Source of the DNA: an uncultured virus (IMG/VR IMGVR_UViG_3300042154_002181)
Taxonomy: Duplodnaviria; Heunggongvirae; Uroviricota; Caudoviricetes
Length of the DNA stretch: 64,000 nt
Virus record (IMG/VR): IMGVR_UViG_3300042154_002181
Direction: 5' to 3' (one strand)
The notes below the pieces were generated by a model. That model had not been told where the DNA came from and ran no database searches. It saw nothing but the letters and a program-made list of their open reading frames with translations. Made by a program: the position numbers and the translations under genes. Shown here piece after piece: positions 10,901 to 21,315 of this stretch; position 1 is the stretch's first letter, and the number at the start of each line of letters is the position of its first letter.

Positions 10901-12237
10901 CTCTTCAAATTATAGATGATCAATTTATTCCTGTTAAAGATGAAGAAGATCAAATTGGACCTAACGATGTTAAAACGACAGGAACTATTTTATCTAGATC
11001 TAATACTACAGAACTTCCTTTAATTGGTAAATATTCTATAGCTAAGACTCTAGATATAAAATCAGACATATCTAGTAAATTATCAAATACACTAGCTATA
11101 TCTGCTAATGCAGACGTTGGATCAAAAGCATCTCTATCTAAAAATGGAGACAATTATGGATATATTAATACAAGTTATCAAGATAGATACATTGTTAATA
11201 GATTAGAAGTTCAAAATACAAATACCGGAAGTAAAGCAGATGTTAATCTTGATTCTATTATAAATTCAGCTGTTCAATTTAATCAAACTATTTCTGATTT
11301 TTATAGTAAGATAAATCCATCAGAAACAAGTGTTGATCATGCAACAAATTATTTTATAGATAAAATGACTAAAATTAAAAATGACGAGTATCCTACTAGA
11401 GCGTCTGCTATGATACCAGTATCAGTTAATTTTAGTACCGATGGTATTTCTGGATTTTTAATGGGCCAAGCTTTTACTATTCCTGATGAACTGCTTCCTT
11501 ATACTTATAATGCAAGAGTAGTTCCAGGAGAGAAAGGCTTACAACAAGATCATATTAATAAAGTTGGATTTGTTGTTGTAGGATTAGGACATACATTAGA
11601 GAATAATCAGTGGACTACTAATGTAAGAGCTAATATGATTTTCTTGAAAGATAAAACAGAGTTTTCAGGAAGTGTAGTTCAAACAGATAATAGAGCTGGT
11701 GTATTTACAGAAAATCAAAATAATCCATCAACTCCTGCAGGTCAAACGTCTATAGCCAATCTCAATATTAATGAGATTTGGGAACAAATAGCTTTTGATT
11801 TCATATCTAAAAAAGAAGGATTTTTAGAGAGACCAAGACCAGATGAAGGTACATTAAGAGCTGGTTATGGTACAGACAAGATTGTATTAGCAGACGGAAC
11901 AATTAAAAATGTAGGATCTGACACTGTATTTAGTAGAGAAGATGCTAAAAGAACTTTAGTATATCAAATAAAAACAACTTTTGCACCAAGAGTTATTTTT
12001 CAAATAGGACAACAAAACTGGAACAGTTTAAATGATAAACAAAAAGCATCGCTAGTAAGCTTTACATATAATGCAGGAAGCCTGACTGAATCAGTAGTAA
12101 CTGCAATAAAATCAAATACAGGATCTACCGCTGTCGCATCTGCCATAACTCTAGGACCTAAAACAGGAAAAGTAAGCGGTTATATAAAAGCATTGGAAAC
12201 AAGAAGAAAAGAAGAAGCAACACTATATTTATCTTAG
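7948..12237 (+). CDS. Large baseplate hub protein with C-terminal GH24-like lysozyme domain
   Basis: 1429 aa; N-terminal PMPGI/LEWG hub motifs; C-terminus EG..AGYG...LVSFTYNAG...RR.EEA.LY. Confidence 0.75.
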   Translation: MAGLDNKISNIIGTKLPQWLLSQIQTRSINGARDSRDNSNILYLTNKSAWVRLVSSIDLVNQSDLNYFNRIVGDSITSKSDLAKQFVLFGGTSKYLDKNSYQLRSGIGAGGAYGTLGKDEIQRYGYKPMPGITNVAIETQGRLGSVRSATINFKCWDKAQLDIMDALYFKLGFTMFLEWGNTAFYSSEDPNRIQSSELYSVDPFQADLSKEEIYIQVAKNSRQSEGNYDGMLGIVTNFSFTYTQDGGFDCQLRLMALGVLADSLKINNVGTLPGIVQEEIRILSNTLIEISNAEQAALLQKQRQEELAKQELEDSKRVSILRDLNKQINGKDKDPNQSELQNIVNQAAYIGSKTTNINEYDFLYDIKFDRGKSLFFPTLGAVIPTKNINQLVSSITIDTKHLFEKLTEYYRPANSNQAAITSPVNQNTQNQIGNVQQQIQSSLASLDLETKMFFDRTNPSNTQQIKVNINYLGQNKKTYYASIITEFGRNNPNYKKEIINQQLVYETAIKQLKSSDNIEFTEIAFEARNVNETTEFAVTSKPFSTVSSDTNSTNLNGINFYPVVTLATTIDVVVPGTVLVENFTTERTITVTQQGTVSIPVTVQIKLTDTDLISAIAKGNNSPDYLATQKRIVDQNQTQTTSKEDQAIQQKALETQISEALNSQSALELTLRAIQLHALNRAITLTGNLDIGKSVFALKMTDANEKIFLNQIFSNGIFSDFINELIVPEQIENTGYNDNIKALNRLQRLKIQSKYGFASSLMGNSADINTLQACDFDSLLKAFVVPYQINQEIIKGTSTNHPVYIPLGLLLMVLNHCCTIYDSKEADKTQTPLVYIDFNTAHNYFLSNTKQLSTNPWVTLIRFEGSFNDYKKLFDPSILNGDNIKPPSGSQEVIPLFNPATQDVLTGQIPRIKFDGTDNNIYRGKMMNILLNVDYLIKIIKDFSYKDGTNSIYLKEFIEQILTDVNKYLGKINVFRLSYNDKGNTLQIIDDQFIPVKDEEDQIGPNDVKTTGTILSRSNTTELPLIGKYSIAKTLDIKSDISSKLSNTLAISANADVGSKASLSKNGDNYGYINTSYQDRYIVNRLEVQNTNTGSKADVNLDSIINSAVQFNQTISDFYSKINPSETSVDHATNYFIDKMTKIKNDEYPTRASAMIPVSVNFSTDGISGFLMGQAFTIPDELLPYTYNARVVPGEKGLQQDHINKVGFVVVGLGHTLENNQWTTNVRANMIFLKDKTEFSGSVVQTDNRAGVFTENQNNPSTPAGQTSIANLNINEIWEQIAFDFISKKEGFLERPRPDEGTLRAGYGTDKIVLADGTIKNVGSDTVFSREDAKRTLVYQIKTTFAPRVIFQIGQQNWNSLNDKQKASLVSFTYNAGSLTESVVTAIKSNTGSTAVASAITLGPKTGKVSGYIKALETRRKEEATLYLS

Positions 12238-12241
12238 AACT

Positions 12242-12868
12242 ATGTTAAGATACTATCCATCATTTAAAATAATAAATAATCTAAATAGTATTGGGCAAGA
12301 GTTCTTGCTTAATGATAAACCCTATGTAGGAAAATACTATTTAACTTATGATGGCCGTGCATTTTCTGGACCTAGTCCTGAAGTTGGACCTAGTAATCTT
12401 CTAACTAAAATTACTGCAATTGAATCTGCACCTGGCTTAGACGCACTAAATCTTTCTAACGCTAGTAAAAAAGAATTAACAAATAAAACAAATGTAATTA
12501 ATAGAGTTTCTGGAAAACCTAACGCATACTATCCTCAACCAACTGATCAAGATTATAAAAAAGGATATGTAATAAGATACTTCACTAAAAAAGAAAATGA
12601 GAAAGGTTTTATAACAGAAATCAGCCAAGACGAATATAATACCATAATAAATGGTACTGCAGACTATGATATAACAATATACCAAACCACTACTATACTT
12701 TGGAAGTTAACAGGCCCTTTGAATAGTACTAGAATGTCACAATATAATGTCATTCCAGGTATTATAGACACAAATAAAAGATTGACAGAGTCTGCTAATA
12801 AAACTTTTTTAGGCATAGTTGATTTTATTAATGGCGAATATTCAAAGTTCGCAAGACCTACTATGTAG
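12242..12868 (+). CDS. Hypothetical protein (tail/baseplate module)
   Basis: 208-aa ORF at end of the structural operon. Confidence 0.55.
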   Translation: MLRYYPSFKIINNLNSIGQEFLLNDKPYVGKYYLTYDGRAFSGPSPEVGPSNLLTKITAIESAPGLDALNLSNASKKELTNKTNVINRVSGKPNAYYPQPTDQDYKKGYVIRYFTKKENEKGFITEISQDEYNTIINGTADYDITIYQTTTILWKLTGPLNSTRMSQYNVIPGIIDTNKRLTESANKTFLGIVDFINGEYSKFARPTM

Positions 12869-12922
12869 AATAACTTCATTTTATAACAATTTATTTGTTA
12901 TATTACATACTAATAAAAGGTT

Positions 12923-14218
12923 ATGTATTTCATTATTGAAGATAAAGAGCAATTAGATCGTTTAGAAGTCTCTGACCAGGCTTTTATACAAATAGTCACT
13001 TCTAACGATTATTACCATCCTAAGTTAGCTAGAGTAAGTTTGATCTACTATAATAACTCTAAAAAGGGTTATGTCTTTGTAGTTAACCACTCTGAAGGAT
13101 TTAGTCTAGATCTTAAATTAATTGAAGCCTTCTTACAAAAGCACGATAAGATTTATCTCTTGGATAAAAAGCTTCATTCTTATTTTATAGATTTGCCTAA
13201 CTCTATTGATGTACAGTTCATCTGTCTAGATAAAAATAACGAGTATAGTTCTTTCGAATGTAACACACCAGTCCATAAAGACTTTTATATCAAGTATAAT
13301 GTGCTTCCTACTGTTAATGAGATAATACCTATCTCAAAACACTATGAAAGATGTGAGTGCTTGTATCAACTAGTCAAAGACTACTTTGAACTTGAGATGG
13401 ATATAGAACTCCAAGAAAAGTTAGTAGAAGCATATAAGAAAGTAGAAGAGGCCGGGATAAAGATAGATCTCAAATGTTTTGGAGATAAATTCCAATTTCA
13501 TAATAAAGAATACTCTCTATTAGGAGACACTATTTATTCATACTACAATCTTTATAATTTGACTGGAAGGCCTACTAACTCTTTTAATGGAGTTAACTTT
13601 TTAGCAATACCTAAAGATCAAGACTTTAGGAAGTGTTTCATCCCTAAAAATGACTTCTTAGTAGAATTTGACTTCGATGCTTACCACCTAAGACTAATAT
13701 CTAGGTTGATAGGTTTTGATCCGCCAAAAGAGTCAATGCACAACTATCTAGGACGCGCGTACTTCCACGTAGACGAGCTTACACCTGAGCAGTATAAAGA
13801 ATCAAAGGCCATTACCTTTAAGCAGCTCTACGGCGGGATAGAAAAGAAATACGAGGATATAGAGTTCTTTAAGTCACTAAACCAGTTCATAGAACAAGAG
13901 TGGAAGAAGTATAATGCTCACAAAGCCTTGATACTTCCGACCGGTAGGATCTTGAAGAAGCTTCCAGGCATGAATAAGCTAAAGTTGTTTAACTATATAA
14001 TCCAGAACCTAGAGACCAAAGAAAATATATACAAGATCATAGAGGTTAATAAACTTCTTAGTAAGAAGAAGACTAAGCTAATCCTAATTACCTACGACTC
14101 CTTCTTATTTGACTTTTCTCAAGAGGATGGTAAAACACTTTTAAAAAAGATAAAAGACATTCTAGAAGGCGATAATATGGTAGTAAAACACAAATACGGC
14201 ATTAATTATGCTTTCTAG
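12923..14218 (+). CDS. Short, divergent family A DNA polymerase-like protein
   Basis: TGRP, motif A LVEFDFDAYHLRLI, motif B KAITFKQLYG, motif C LITYDSFLFD; only 431 aa. Confidence 0.75.
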   Translation: MYFIIEDKEQLDRLEVSDQAFIQIVTSNDYYHPKLARVSLIYYNNSKKGYVFVVNHSEGFSLDLKLIEAFLQKHDKIYLLDKKLHSYFIDLPNSIDVQFICLDKNNEYSSFECNTPVHKDFYIKYNVLPTVNEIIPISKHYERCECLYQLVKDYFELEMDIELQEKLVEAYKKVEEAGIKIDLKCFGDKFQFHNKEYSLLGDTIYSYYNLYNLTGRPTNSFNGVNFLAIPKDQDFRKCFIPKNDFLVEFDFDAYHLRLISRLIGFDPPKESMHNYLGRAYFHVDELTPEQYKESKAITFKQLYGGIEKKYEDIEFFKSLNQFIEQEWKKYNAHKALILPTGRILKKLPGMNKLKLFNYIIQNLETKENIYKIIEVNKLLSKKKTKLILITYDSFLFDFSQEDGKTLLKKIKDILEGDNMVVKHKYGINYAF

Positions 14219-14248
14219 TATTATGACAATATTTATAAATAGTAAAAA

Positions 14249-14683
14249 ATGGTTATGTTGAGTGAAAAAATAACAGAAATAACAGCAGAGTTGATTATGA
14301 ATAAATTATTCTGTACGTTCTCGCCTAAGGATAGATTAGATGATACCCTTAGGGAAATAAATAGAGAGTATACAATTTTATATAAAAAGATATTTGTTTT
14401 GGAGTCTAAAGATTCTGAAGAGTTCCTTTGTACATATAATATAGAGATTGAGGGAGGCCCTACTAAGATCCTTCCAAATACGATCCTACTCCACAGAAAA
14501 AAGGAGTCAAATACCCTGTATACAATCAATGCTCTCAATACTTTGATCAAGAGTCTAAATGGAGGAGTCCTAGATACTTCTTACATTATCAATTGGAACG
14601 ACTATAAGAATAGTGTTCTATTGACTCAAGGAGACGACTTAAGAAGATTAAACACAACTATCCATAAGATAGTCGCCGTGTAA
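14249..14683 (+). CDS. Conserved phage hypothetical protein
   Basis: 144-aa ORF (NKLFCTF...HRKKESNTLYTINALN) preceded by ATATTTAT. Confidence 0.6.
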   Translation: MVMLSEKITEITAELIMNKLFCTFSPKDRLDDTLREINREYTILYKKIFVLESKDSEEFLCTYNIEIEGGPTKILPNTILLHRKKESNTLYTINALNTLIKSLNGGVLDTSYIINWNDYKNSVLLTQGDDLRRLNTTIHKIVAV

Positions 14684-14745
14684 CTTTAGAGAACGATTTT
14701 TCTCTATCTTTTGTTTGTCTTACATTTATTCAAATTAGTTACATT

Positions 14746-15549
14746 ATGGATATATCTGTTTTAAAATCGAGACTGTCGGCTCTACAAAATCCACGTGGAG
14801 GACAGAAGAAAGACCTAAGCCAAACTATTTGGAGGCCAACCGTGGGTAAACACTCAGTACGTATTGTACCTTCTGTGTTTAACAAATCAAACCCGTTTAA
14901 AGAAGTCTACATGCATTATGGTATCAACAACAGAACCATGATGGGCTTGACTAATTTTAACGAAAAAGATCCTATTGTTGAATTTGCACAAGGCTTGAGA
15001 AAGTCAAGTGAAAAAGACAATTGGCAGTTAGCTAAGAAGCTTGAACCAAAGATGAGAGTTTTCGCTCCAGTCATTGTTCGTGGAGAAGAAGACAAAGGTG
15101 TTCGCCTTTGGGAATTTGGTAAGCAAGTTTACATGGACTTGTTAAGCATTGCTGAAGATGAGGACGTAGGAGATTACACTGATCCTATTACTGGTCGTGA
15201 CATTACAGTCGAAACTGCTGGTAAAGAAACCACAGGTTTGATGTATAATACATCTACCGTAAGAGTTAGAACAAAGGCTACTCCTTTATCAGAAGATGCT
15301 ACAAAAGTTAAATTATGGCTTGAAACCCAGCCAGATCCTCTAACTCAATTCAAGAGGTATTCTTACGATGAAATGAAAGAGGCACTTCTCAAGCATCTAA
15401 ATCCTGAAGAGGACATTAAAGAACAAGCAGATGTAGTGCAAACAAAATCTGATCTTCCTTGGGAACAATCTGCCCCTAAACAAGGATACAGTCTGAATAC
15501 TACAAAAGCAAGTGTAGACTCAGAAATTGACAGCTTATTTGATATCTAA
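14746..15549 (+). CDS. Single-stranded DNA-binding protein (gp32-like)
   Basis: WRP..G...VRIVP, LWEFGK, DPITGRD, acidic C-terminus; precedes RecA. Confidence 0.8.
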   Translation: MDISVLKSRLSALQNPRGGQKKDLSQTIWRPTVGKHSVRIVPSVFNKSNPFKEVYMHYGINNRTMMGLTNFNEKDPIVEFAQGLRKSSEKDNWQLAKKLEPKMRVFAPVIVRGEEDKGVRLWEFGKQVYMDLLSIAEDEDVGDYTDPITGRDITVETAGKETTGLMYNTSTVRVRTKATPLSEDATKVKLWLETQPDPLTQFKRYSYDEMKEALLKHLNPEEDIKEQADVVQTKSDLPWEQSAPKQGYSLNTTKASVDSEIDSLFDI

Positions 15550-15557
15550 CATAAATT

Positions 15558-15580
15558 CCCCAACTTCGGTTGGGGTTTTT
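15558..15580 (+). terminator. Intrinsic terminator
   Basis: CCCCAAC-TTCG-GTTGGGG plus T run. Confidence 0.85.
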
Positions 15581-15597
15581 TAACCTAATAGTTTTGT

Positions 15598-16659
15598 ATG
15601 GCAAAATCACTTAATAGCGCCGTGTCTAGCGCAATAAAAGGCACAGTAGATTTAGAAAAATTTAAGAAGGGTAAAAACCTTTCTTCTGGAGTAGTTTTTA
15701 AAGAGCAAAGGTGGATACCACTTTCTCAAGCATTTCAAGATACGCTTCAAATCCCAGGTATTCCTATTGGCCATATTACATTGTTAAGAGGACACTCTGA
15801 TACAGGTAAAACTACAGCACTTCTTGAAGCTGCAGTAAGCGCACAAAAAATGGGAGTTCTTCCTGTGTTTATTATTACAGAAATGAAATGGGATTGGAAA
15901 CACGCTCGAGAAATGGGTTTTGAATTTGAAGAAGTAGCAGATCCAAATAGTGGTGAAGTTATAGATTATAAAGGCTTTTTCTTATATATCGATCGTGAAA
16001 GACTTGATTGTATTGAAGACGTTGCAGGCTTTATCGCTGATATTCTAGATGAGCAAAAGAGAGGAACTCTTCCTCATGATGTTTGTTTTTTCTGGGATTC
16101 TGTAGGATCTATTCCTTGTAGAATGTCGATTGAAAAATCAACTAACAATAATGAGTGGAACGCAGGAGCAATGTCTCAACAGTTTGGTAATTTTATTAAT
16201 CAAAGAGTTGTACTGTCAAGAAAAGCATCTCAGCCTTATACTAATTCATTAGTTGCTGTAAATAAAGTGTGGGTTGCAAAACCTGATTCACCTATGGGTC
16301 AACCAACCTTAAATAATAAAGGTGGTAACACGATGTACTTTGACTCTTCATTAGTTGTTACATTTGGTAACATTGCTAGAGCTGGTACAAATAAAATCAA
16401 AGCAACTAAAAATGGTAAAGAAGTTGAGTTTGCTAAGAGAACAAGAATTAGTTGTGATAAAAATCACGTAACAGGAGTTACTGCTGTCAACAAAGTTATT
16501 ATGACAGTACACGGTTTCATAAATGATGATAAGAAAGAGTTAGACGATTACAAAAAGAAGTATTCTGATCAATGGACAAAAGTTCTTGGATCTAATACAT
16601 TCGATATCGTAGAAGAAGAAACGGCCTTATCACCAGATATATTTGATACCGAAGATTAA
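15598..16659 (+). CDS. recA: RecA/UvsX-like recombinase
   Basis: Walker A GHSDTGKT, Walker B FFWDSVG, KGG motif. Confidence 0.85.
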   Translation: MAKSLNSAVSSAIKGTVDLEKFKKGKNLSSGVVFKEQRWIPLSQAFQDTLQIPGIPIGHITLLRGHSDTGKTTALLEAAVSAQKMGVLPVFIITEMKWDWKHAREMGFEFEEVADPNSGEVIDYKGFFLYIDRERLDCIEDVAGFIADILDEQKRGTLPHDVCFFWDSVGSIPCRMSIEKSTNNNEWNAGAMSQQFGNFINQRVVLSRKASQPYTNSLVAVNKVWVAKPDSPMGQPTLNNKGGNTMYFDSSLVVTFGNIARAGTNKIKATKNGKEVEFAKRTRISCDKNHVTGVTAVNKVIMTVHGFINDDKKELDDYKKKYSDQWTKVLGSNTFDIVEEETALSPDIFDTED

Positions 16660-17672
16660 TGAACGAAGAATATAAAAAAATATTCGATTCACTCAAAGAA
16701 GAGAAAATCGAAGAGTCTATTAATAGTCGAGTATTATTGATAGACGGACTGAACACATTTCTAAGAGCATTTACTGCTATAGGCTGGGTTAACAAAGATT
16801 TATCTCACGTAGGAGGTTTAACAGGCTTTTTAAGATCCTTAGGATACATTATTAAGCTTGTTAGACCGACTAGAGTGATTATTATGTTTGATGGCCAAGG
16901 TTCATCAACTAATAAAAGATATATCTATCCAGATTATAAAGCAAATAGAGGAATTAGTAGAGTTACTAACTGGGATTCATTCGAATCACAACAAGACGAG
17001 TCTGAAGCAATTACATCTCAACTTGTAAGATTAATCTTCTATCTAAAAACTCTTCCTGTAGATCTTATATCGATCGATAAAATAGAAGCAGACGATGTGA
17101 TTGGATATATTGCAGGGCAATTAGATGGTGAAATGACTATCATGTCTTCAGATAGAGATTATCTACAATTAGTTTCAGATAAAATAACAGTATACTCTCC
17201 TACTAAAAAGAAGTTCTATGACAGAGATTTAGTATTGAATGAATATAAAGTAACAGCAAAAAACTTTTTAACGCAAAAAATCTTGTTAGGAGACTCTGGA
17301 GATAATGTGCCTGGAGTAAAAGGCCTTGGTGAAAAGACTATGATTAAAGAGTTTCCTGAACTAGGTTCAGAGGCAGAAATTACTCTAGATAATATTCTTG
17401 AAAAATGTAAAGATGGAAATAAGAAGATACTCCAATCTATTTCTAACTATGAGTTTCAACTTAGAATAAATCAAAAGTTGATGGATCTAAAGAATCCTAA
17501 TATTCCTGAAGAAGCCATAGAAGAAATAAATAGTGTTCTACTAGATCCAAAAAAGACATTTAATTCACAGGAATTCTTAGATTTATATCATGAGGATGAG
17601 TTAGGAAATTCTATTTCTAACGTCAGCATGTGGTTATTTAATAATTTCAATCAGTTACAAAAATATAAATAG
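16659..17672 (+). CDS. 5'-3' exonuclease / flap endonuclease (T4 RNase H-like)
   Basis: LLIDGLN, YKANR, EADDVIG, SSDRDYLQL, GDSGDNVPGVKGLG. Confidence 0.92.
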   Translation: MNEEYKKIFDSLKEEKIEESINSRVLLIDGLNTFLRAFTAIGWVNKDLSHVGGLTGFLRSLGYIIKLVRPTRVIIMFDGQGSSTNKRYIYPDYKANRGISRVTNWDSFESQQDESEAITSQLVRLIFYLKTLPVDLISIDKIEADDVIGYIAGQLDGEMTIMSSDRDYLQLVSDKITVYSPTKKKFYDRDLVLNEYKVTAKNFLTQKILLGDSGDNVPGVKGLGEKTMIKEFPELGSEAEITLDNILEKCKDGNKKILQSISNYEFQLRINQKLMDLKNPNIPEEAIEEINSVLLDPKKTFNSQEFLDLYHEDELGNSISNVSMWLFNNFNQLQKYK

Positions 17673-17674
17673 TT

Positions 17675-19060
17675 ATGTCGTCATTAAATCAGTTACAACA
17701 ATACGGAATATCATTTCAGATTAAAGTATTATCTAGTTTGTTAAAGCACAAAGAGTTTCTACAAAACATCAATGATATTCTTGATACTGAAATGTTTGAC
17801 AATCCTGCACACAAGTGGATTGTTGGTGAGATATTAAGGTACTATTATAAGTACAATACTACGCAGTCTACTGATGCTTTACAAGTCGAGGTAAGAAAGA
17901 TCGAAAATGAAGTATTGAAGGTAAGTGTCGTAGAGCAATTAAAAGAAGCATTAAAGAGCTCTAACGAAGATCGTGATTATGTTGAGCAAGAGTTTAGTAG
18001 CTTCTGTAAAAATCAACAAATTAAGAAAGCAATCCTTAATTCAGTATCTTTATTAGAGAAAGGCCAATATGATGACATCAAGTATATGATGGATCAGGCT
18101 TTAAAAGCAGGTCAAGATAAATCTATTGGACACGAATATGAAAAGGATATTGAAACAAGATATCGTGAAGAAGAAAGATCTGCCATACCTACAGCATGGC
18201 CACATATCAATGAGCTACTCATGGGCGGCCTTGGTTGTGGAGACCTTGGTATTATATTCGGAAATCCTGGCGGCGGTAAATCATGGATCCTAGTTAATAT
18301 AGGAGCCATGGCCGTTCAAAGAGGATATACTGTTTGTCACTACACATTAGAACTATCTGAGTATTATATTGGTAAACGTTATGACGCACTATTTACAGGA
18401 ATTGACGTACAGAGTGTACAAAAACATAGAGGCGCAATTGAAGAGGCAATATCTAAAGTTAAAGGTAAGTTGATCATTAAAGAATTCCCTATGGGAAAAA
18501 CAACAATCCATACTATAGAATCACATATTCAGAAATGTAGAGATCTAGGATATCCTCCTGACTTAGTTATTATCGACTATGTTGACTTGTTAAAAAGTAA
18601 AACTAAATCAATAGATCCTAAAGACGCAATTGATGATGTTTATACTGCAACTAAAGGTATGGCAAGAGAACTTAAAGTTCCTGTCTGGACAGTATCTCAG
18701 GTAAATAGGGCAGGTGCAAAGGATGATGTAATTGAAGGAGACAAGGCTGCCGGATCTTATAATAAGATGATGATTGCAGACTTTGCTATGTCTCTATCAA
18801 GAAAAAGACAAGACAAGGTAAATGGAACAGGTCGTATGCATATCATGAAAAATAGATACGGTATGGACGGAATGACATATGCAGCCAAGATAAGTACAAA
18901 CAATGGTAGTATAGAAATCAATCCAGACAGTCTAGATGATGACGAACTGACATTTGATACCGGCACACCTGCAACTGGATCTAATAAACCTTTTAATTCT
19001 GGATTGGATAAAGACGAGAAAGCTTATCTGGCAAGTAAATTTTTTGAATTAGGTCTTTAA
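17675..19060 (+). CDS. dnaB: Replicative DnaB-family helicase
   Basis: GNPGGGKS, TLEL, IIDYVD, SQVNR, KNRYG. Confidence 0.92.
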   Translation: MSSLNQLQQYGISFQIKVLSSLLKHKEFLQNINDILDTEMFDNPAHKWIVGEILRYYYKYNTTQSTDALQVEVRKIENEVLKVSVVEQLKEALKSSNEDRDYVEQEFSSFCKNQQIKKAILNSVSLLEKGQYDDIKYMMDQALKAGQDKSIGHEYEKDIETRYREEERSAIPTAWPHINELLMGGLGCGDLGIIFGNPGGGKSWILVNIGAMAVQRGYTVCHYTLELSEYYIGKRYDALFTGIDVQSVQKHRGAIEEAISKVKGKLIIKEFPMGKTTIHTIESHIQKCRDLGYPPDLVIIDYVDLLKSKTKSIDPKDAIDDVYTATKGMARELKVPVWTVSQVNRAGAKDDVIEGDKAAGSYNKMMIADFAMSLSRKRQDKVNGTGRMHIMKNRYGMDGMTYAAKISTNNGSIEINPDSLDDDELTFDTGTPATGSNKPFNSGLDKDEKAYLASKFFELGL

Positions 19061-19102
19061 ATTAACTAAAAAGCCTATATTTATTACAGTAAAACAGACG
19101 AT

Positions 19103-19327
19103 ATGAACTTTTTGATTGATCTATTTAAGAAAGCATTTAAAGGAGACAACTTTAGAACAGCACCAACTCCTATTAAGTACAATGATAAAATTGCGCAGCT
19201 TAATACTCAAGCTCCTAATCAGTACAATAAGATCAATACTTCTACGATCTCTAAGATCCAGAAGACTGGAAATTCTGTTTTAACTCAAAACAGCTCTACT
19301 AATAACATCCTTCCCGGATCTAAGTAA
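19103..19327 (+). CDS. Small hypothetical protein (paralog of 21316 N-terminus)
   Basis: 74 aa; preceded by ATATTTAT; FLIDL.KK and NNILPG shared with 21316. Confidence 0.6.
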   Translation: MNFLIDLFKKAFKGDNFRTAPTPIKYNDKIAQLNTQAPNQYNKINTSTISKIQKTGNSVLTQNSSTNNILPGSK

Positions 19328-19432
19328 TTAGGGGCAACAACACAGATCTTACTATAATAGGTTTTGAACTACGCTAGAAGGCCAGAGTGCCGTCTAAGTG
19401 CTAAACTATTTTTTTAACTTTTTAAAATTAAA

Positions 19433-21289
19433 ATGAAAATGGACATCACGCAGCAAATTCTATCGGAAATTACGGTGTACAATAAATACGCCAAATATTT
19501 ACCGGAATCCAAAAGGCGTGAAACGTGGGATGAAATTGTTACAAGAAATAAAGAGATGCATCAAAACAAGTTTCCTCTTCTGTTTAACGAAATTCAAGAA
19601 GCTTATAAATTAGTCTATGATAAAAAGATTTTACCGTCTATGCGCTCCATGCAATTTGCAGGCAAGCCCATTGAAATTAATAATGCTCGTATATTTAATT
19701 GTTCTTTTGCTCCTGTTGATGATTGGCGTATATTTTCAGAAGTAATGTTTCTTCTTTTAGGAGGCTGCGGCGTTGGCTACTCTGTACAAAAACACCATGT
19801 AGATAAACTTCCTGAAGTTATCAAGCCAATTAAAGAAAAGCGCTTCTTGGTCGGAGACTCTATTGAAGGTTGGGCTGATGCAGTAAAACTGTTGATGAAG
19901 TCTTACTTAGTAGGTGGAGCCAAACCTAAATTTGATTTTCGTGATGTTAGACCAAAAGGATCTATGTTGATCACAGCCGGAGGTAAAGCCCCTGGGCCTG
20001 AGCCATTAAAAGAGTGTTTGTTTCAAATACAAAAGATACTCGACCGTAAAGATACCGGAGATAAACTAACTCCTATTGAATGCCATGACATCATTTGCTA
20101 TATTGCAGATGCGGTATTGTCTGGAGGTATTCGTCGTGCAGCTTTGATTAGCCTATTTTCTTTCAACGATGACGAGATGCTTACATCTAAGTTTGGAAGT
20201 TGGTGGGAAGCAAATCCACAAAGAGGCAGAGCTAATAATTCAGCCGTAATACTTCGTGATCGTATTCAAAAAGAAGAGTTTATGGATCTTTGGAAAAAGA
20301 TTGAATTATCTAATGCTGGTGAACCTGGCTTCTTCTTAACCAATGACAAAGATTGGGGAACTAATCCATGCGCTGAAATTGCACTTAAGCCATTTCAATT
20401 TTGTAACTTGTGTGAAGTTAATGTATCAAATCTTGAATCTCAAGAAGATTTAAATTATAGAGTTAAAACAGCTGCATTCATCGGAACTTTACAAGCCTCT
20501 TATACAGACTTCCACTATCTTCGTGATATATGGAAAAAAACAACTGAAAAAGATGCATTGATTGGAGTCGGTATGACAGGTATTGCTTCAGGAGCAGTGC
20601 TTAAATTAAACATGAAAGAAGCAGCGACTATTGTTAAAGAAGAAAATGAAAGAGTCGCTAAAATTTTAGGCATTAATAAAGCTGCTCGTTGTACAACAGT
20701 AAAACCTTCTGGAACTACATCTATGGTTTTAGGCACATCATCCGGTGTTCACGCCTGGCATGATAACTTCTATGTTCGTAGAATGAGACTAGGTAAAAAT
20801 GAAGCATTATATACGCATCTAATAGTAAACCATCCAGAGTTAGTTGAAGATGAATACTTCAAGCCACAATCACAAGCAGTAGTATCCGTACCACAAAAGG
20901 CACCAGAAGAGGCAATCACTAGATCTGAATCTGCAATGGATCTACTTCGTAGAGTAGAAAAGCTTCACAAAGAATGGATTAAACCTGGGCATAGAACCGG
21001 CCGCAATACCCACAATGTATCAGTTACCATTAGCTTAAAGCCAGAAGAGTGGCCAGAGGTAGGAGAATGGGCCTGGGCAAATAGAAACAACTATACTGCC
21101 CTGTCTTGTCTTCCTCACGACAACGGATCTTATGTTCAAGCACCTTTTGAGACTATAACCGAAGAGAAGTTTAATGAAATGATAAGTACATTACATTCAG
21201 TAGATCTATCTAAAGTTATTGAATTTGTAGACAATACAGACCAAAAAGGAGAATTAGCCTGTGCTGGCGGGGCATGTGAAATAGTCTAA
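19433..21289 (+). CDS. nrdJ: Class II (adenosylcobalamin-dependent) monomeric ribonucleotide reductase
   Basis: NCSF, GCGVG, RRAALI, TNPCAEI, VKPSGT, C-terminal CAGGAC; no small subunit nearby. Confidence 0.88.
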   Translation: MKMDITQQILSEITVYNKYAKYLPESKRRETWDEIVTRNKEMHQNKFPLLFNEIQEAYKLVYDKKILPSMRSMQFAGKPIEINNARIFNCSFAPVDDWRIFSEVMFLLLGGCGVGYSVQKHHVDKLPEVIKPIKEKRFLVGDSIEGWADAVKLLMKSYLVGGAKPKFDFRDVRPKGSMLITAGGKAPGPEPLKECLFQIQKILDRKDTGDKLTPIECHDIICYIADAVLSGGIRRAALISLFSFNDDEMLTSKFGSWWEANPQRGRANNSAVILRDRIQKEEFMDLWKKIELSNAGEPGFFLTNDKDWGTNPCAEIALKPFQFCNLCEVNVSNLESQEDLNYRVKTAAFIGTLQASYTDFHYLRDIWKKTTEKDALIGVGMTGIASGAVLKLNMKEAATIVKEENERVAKILGINKAARCTTVKPSGTTSMVLGTSSGVHAWHDNFYVRRMRLGKNEALYTHLIVNHPELVEDEYFKPQSQAVVSVPQKAPEEAITRSESAMDLLRRVEKLHKEWIKPGHRTGRNTHNVSVTISLKPEEWPEVGEWAWANRNNYTALSCLPHDNGSYVQAPFETITEEKFNEMISTLHSVDLSKVIEFVDNTDQKGELACAGGACEIV

Positions 21290-21315
21290 GTTAGATATTT
21301 ATTATAAATCTTGTA

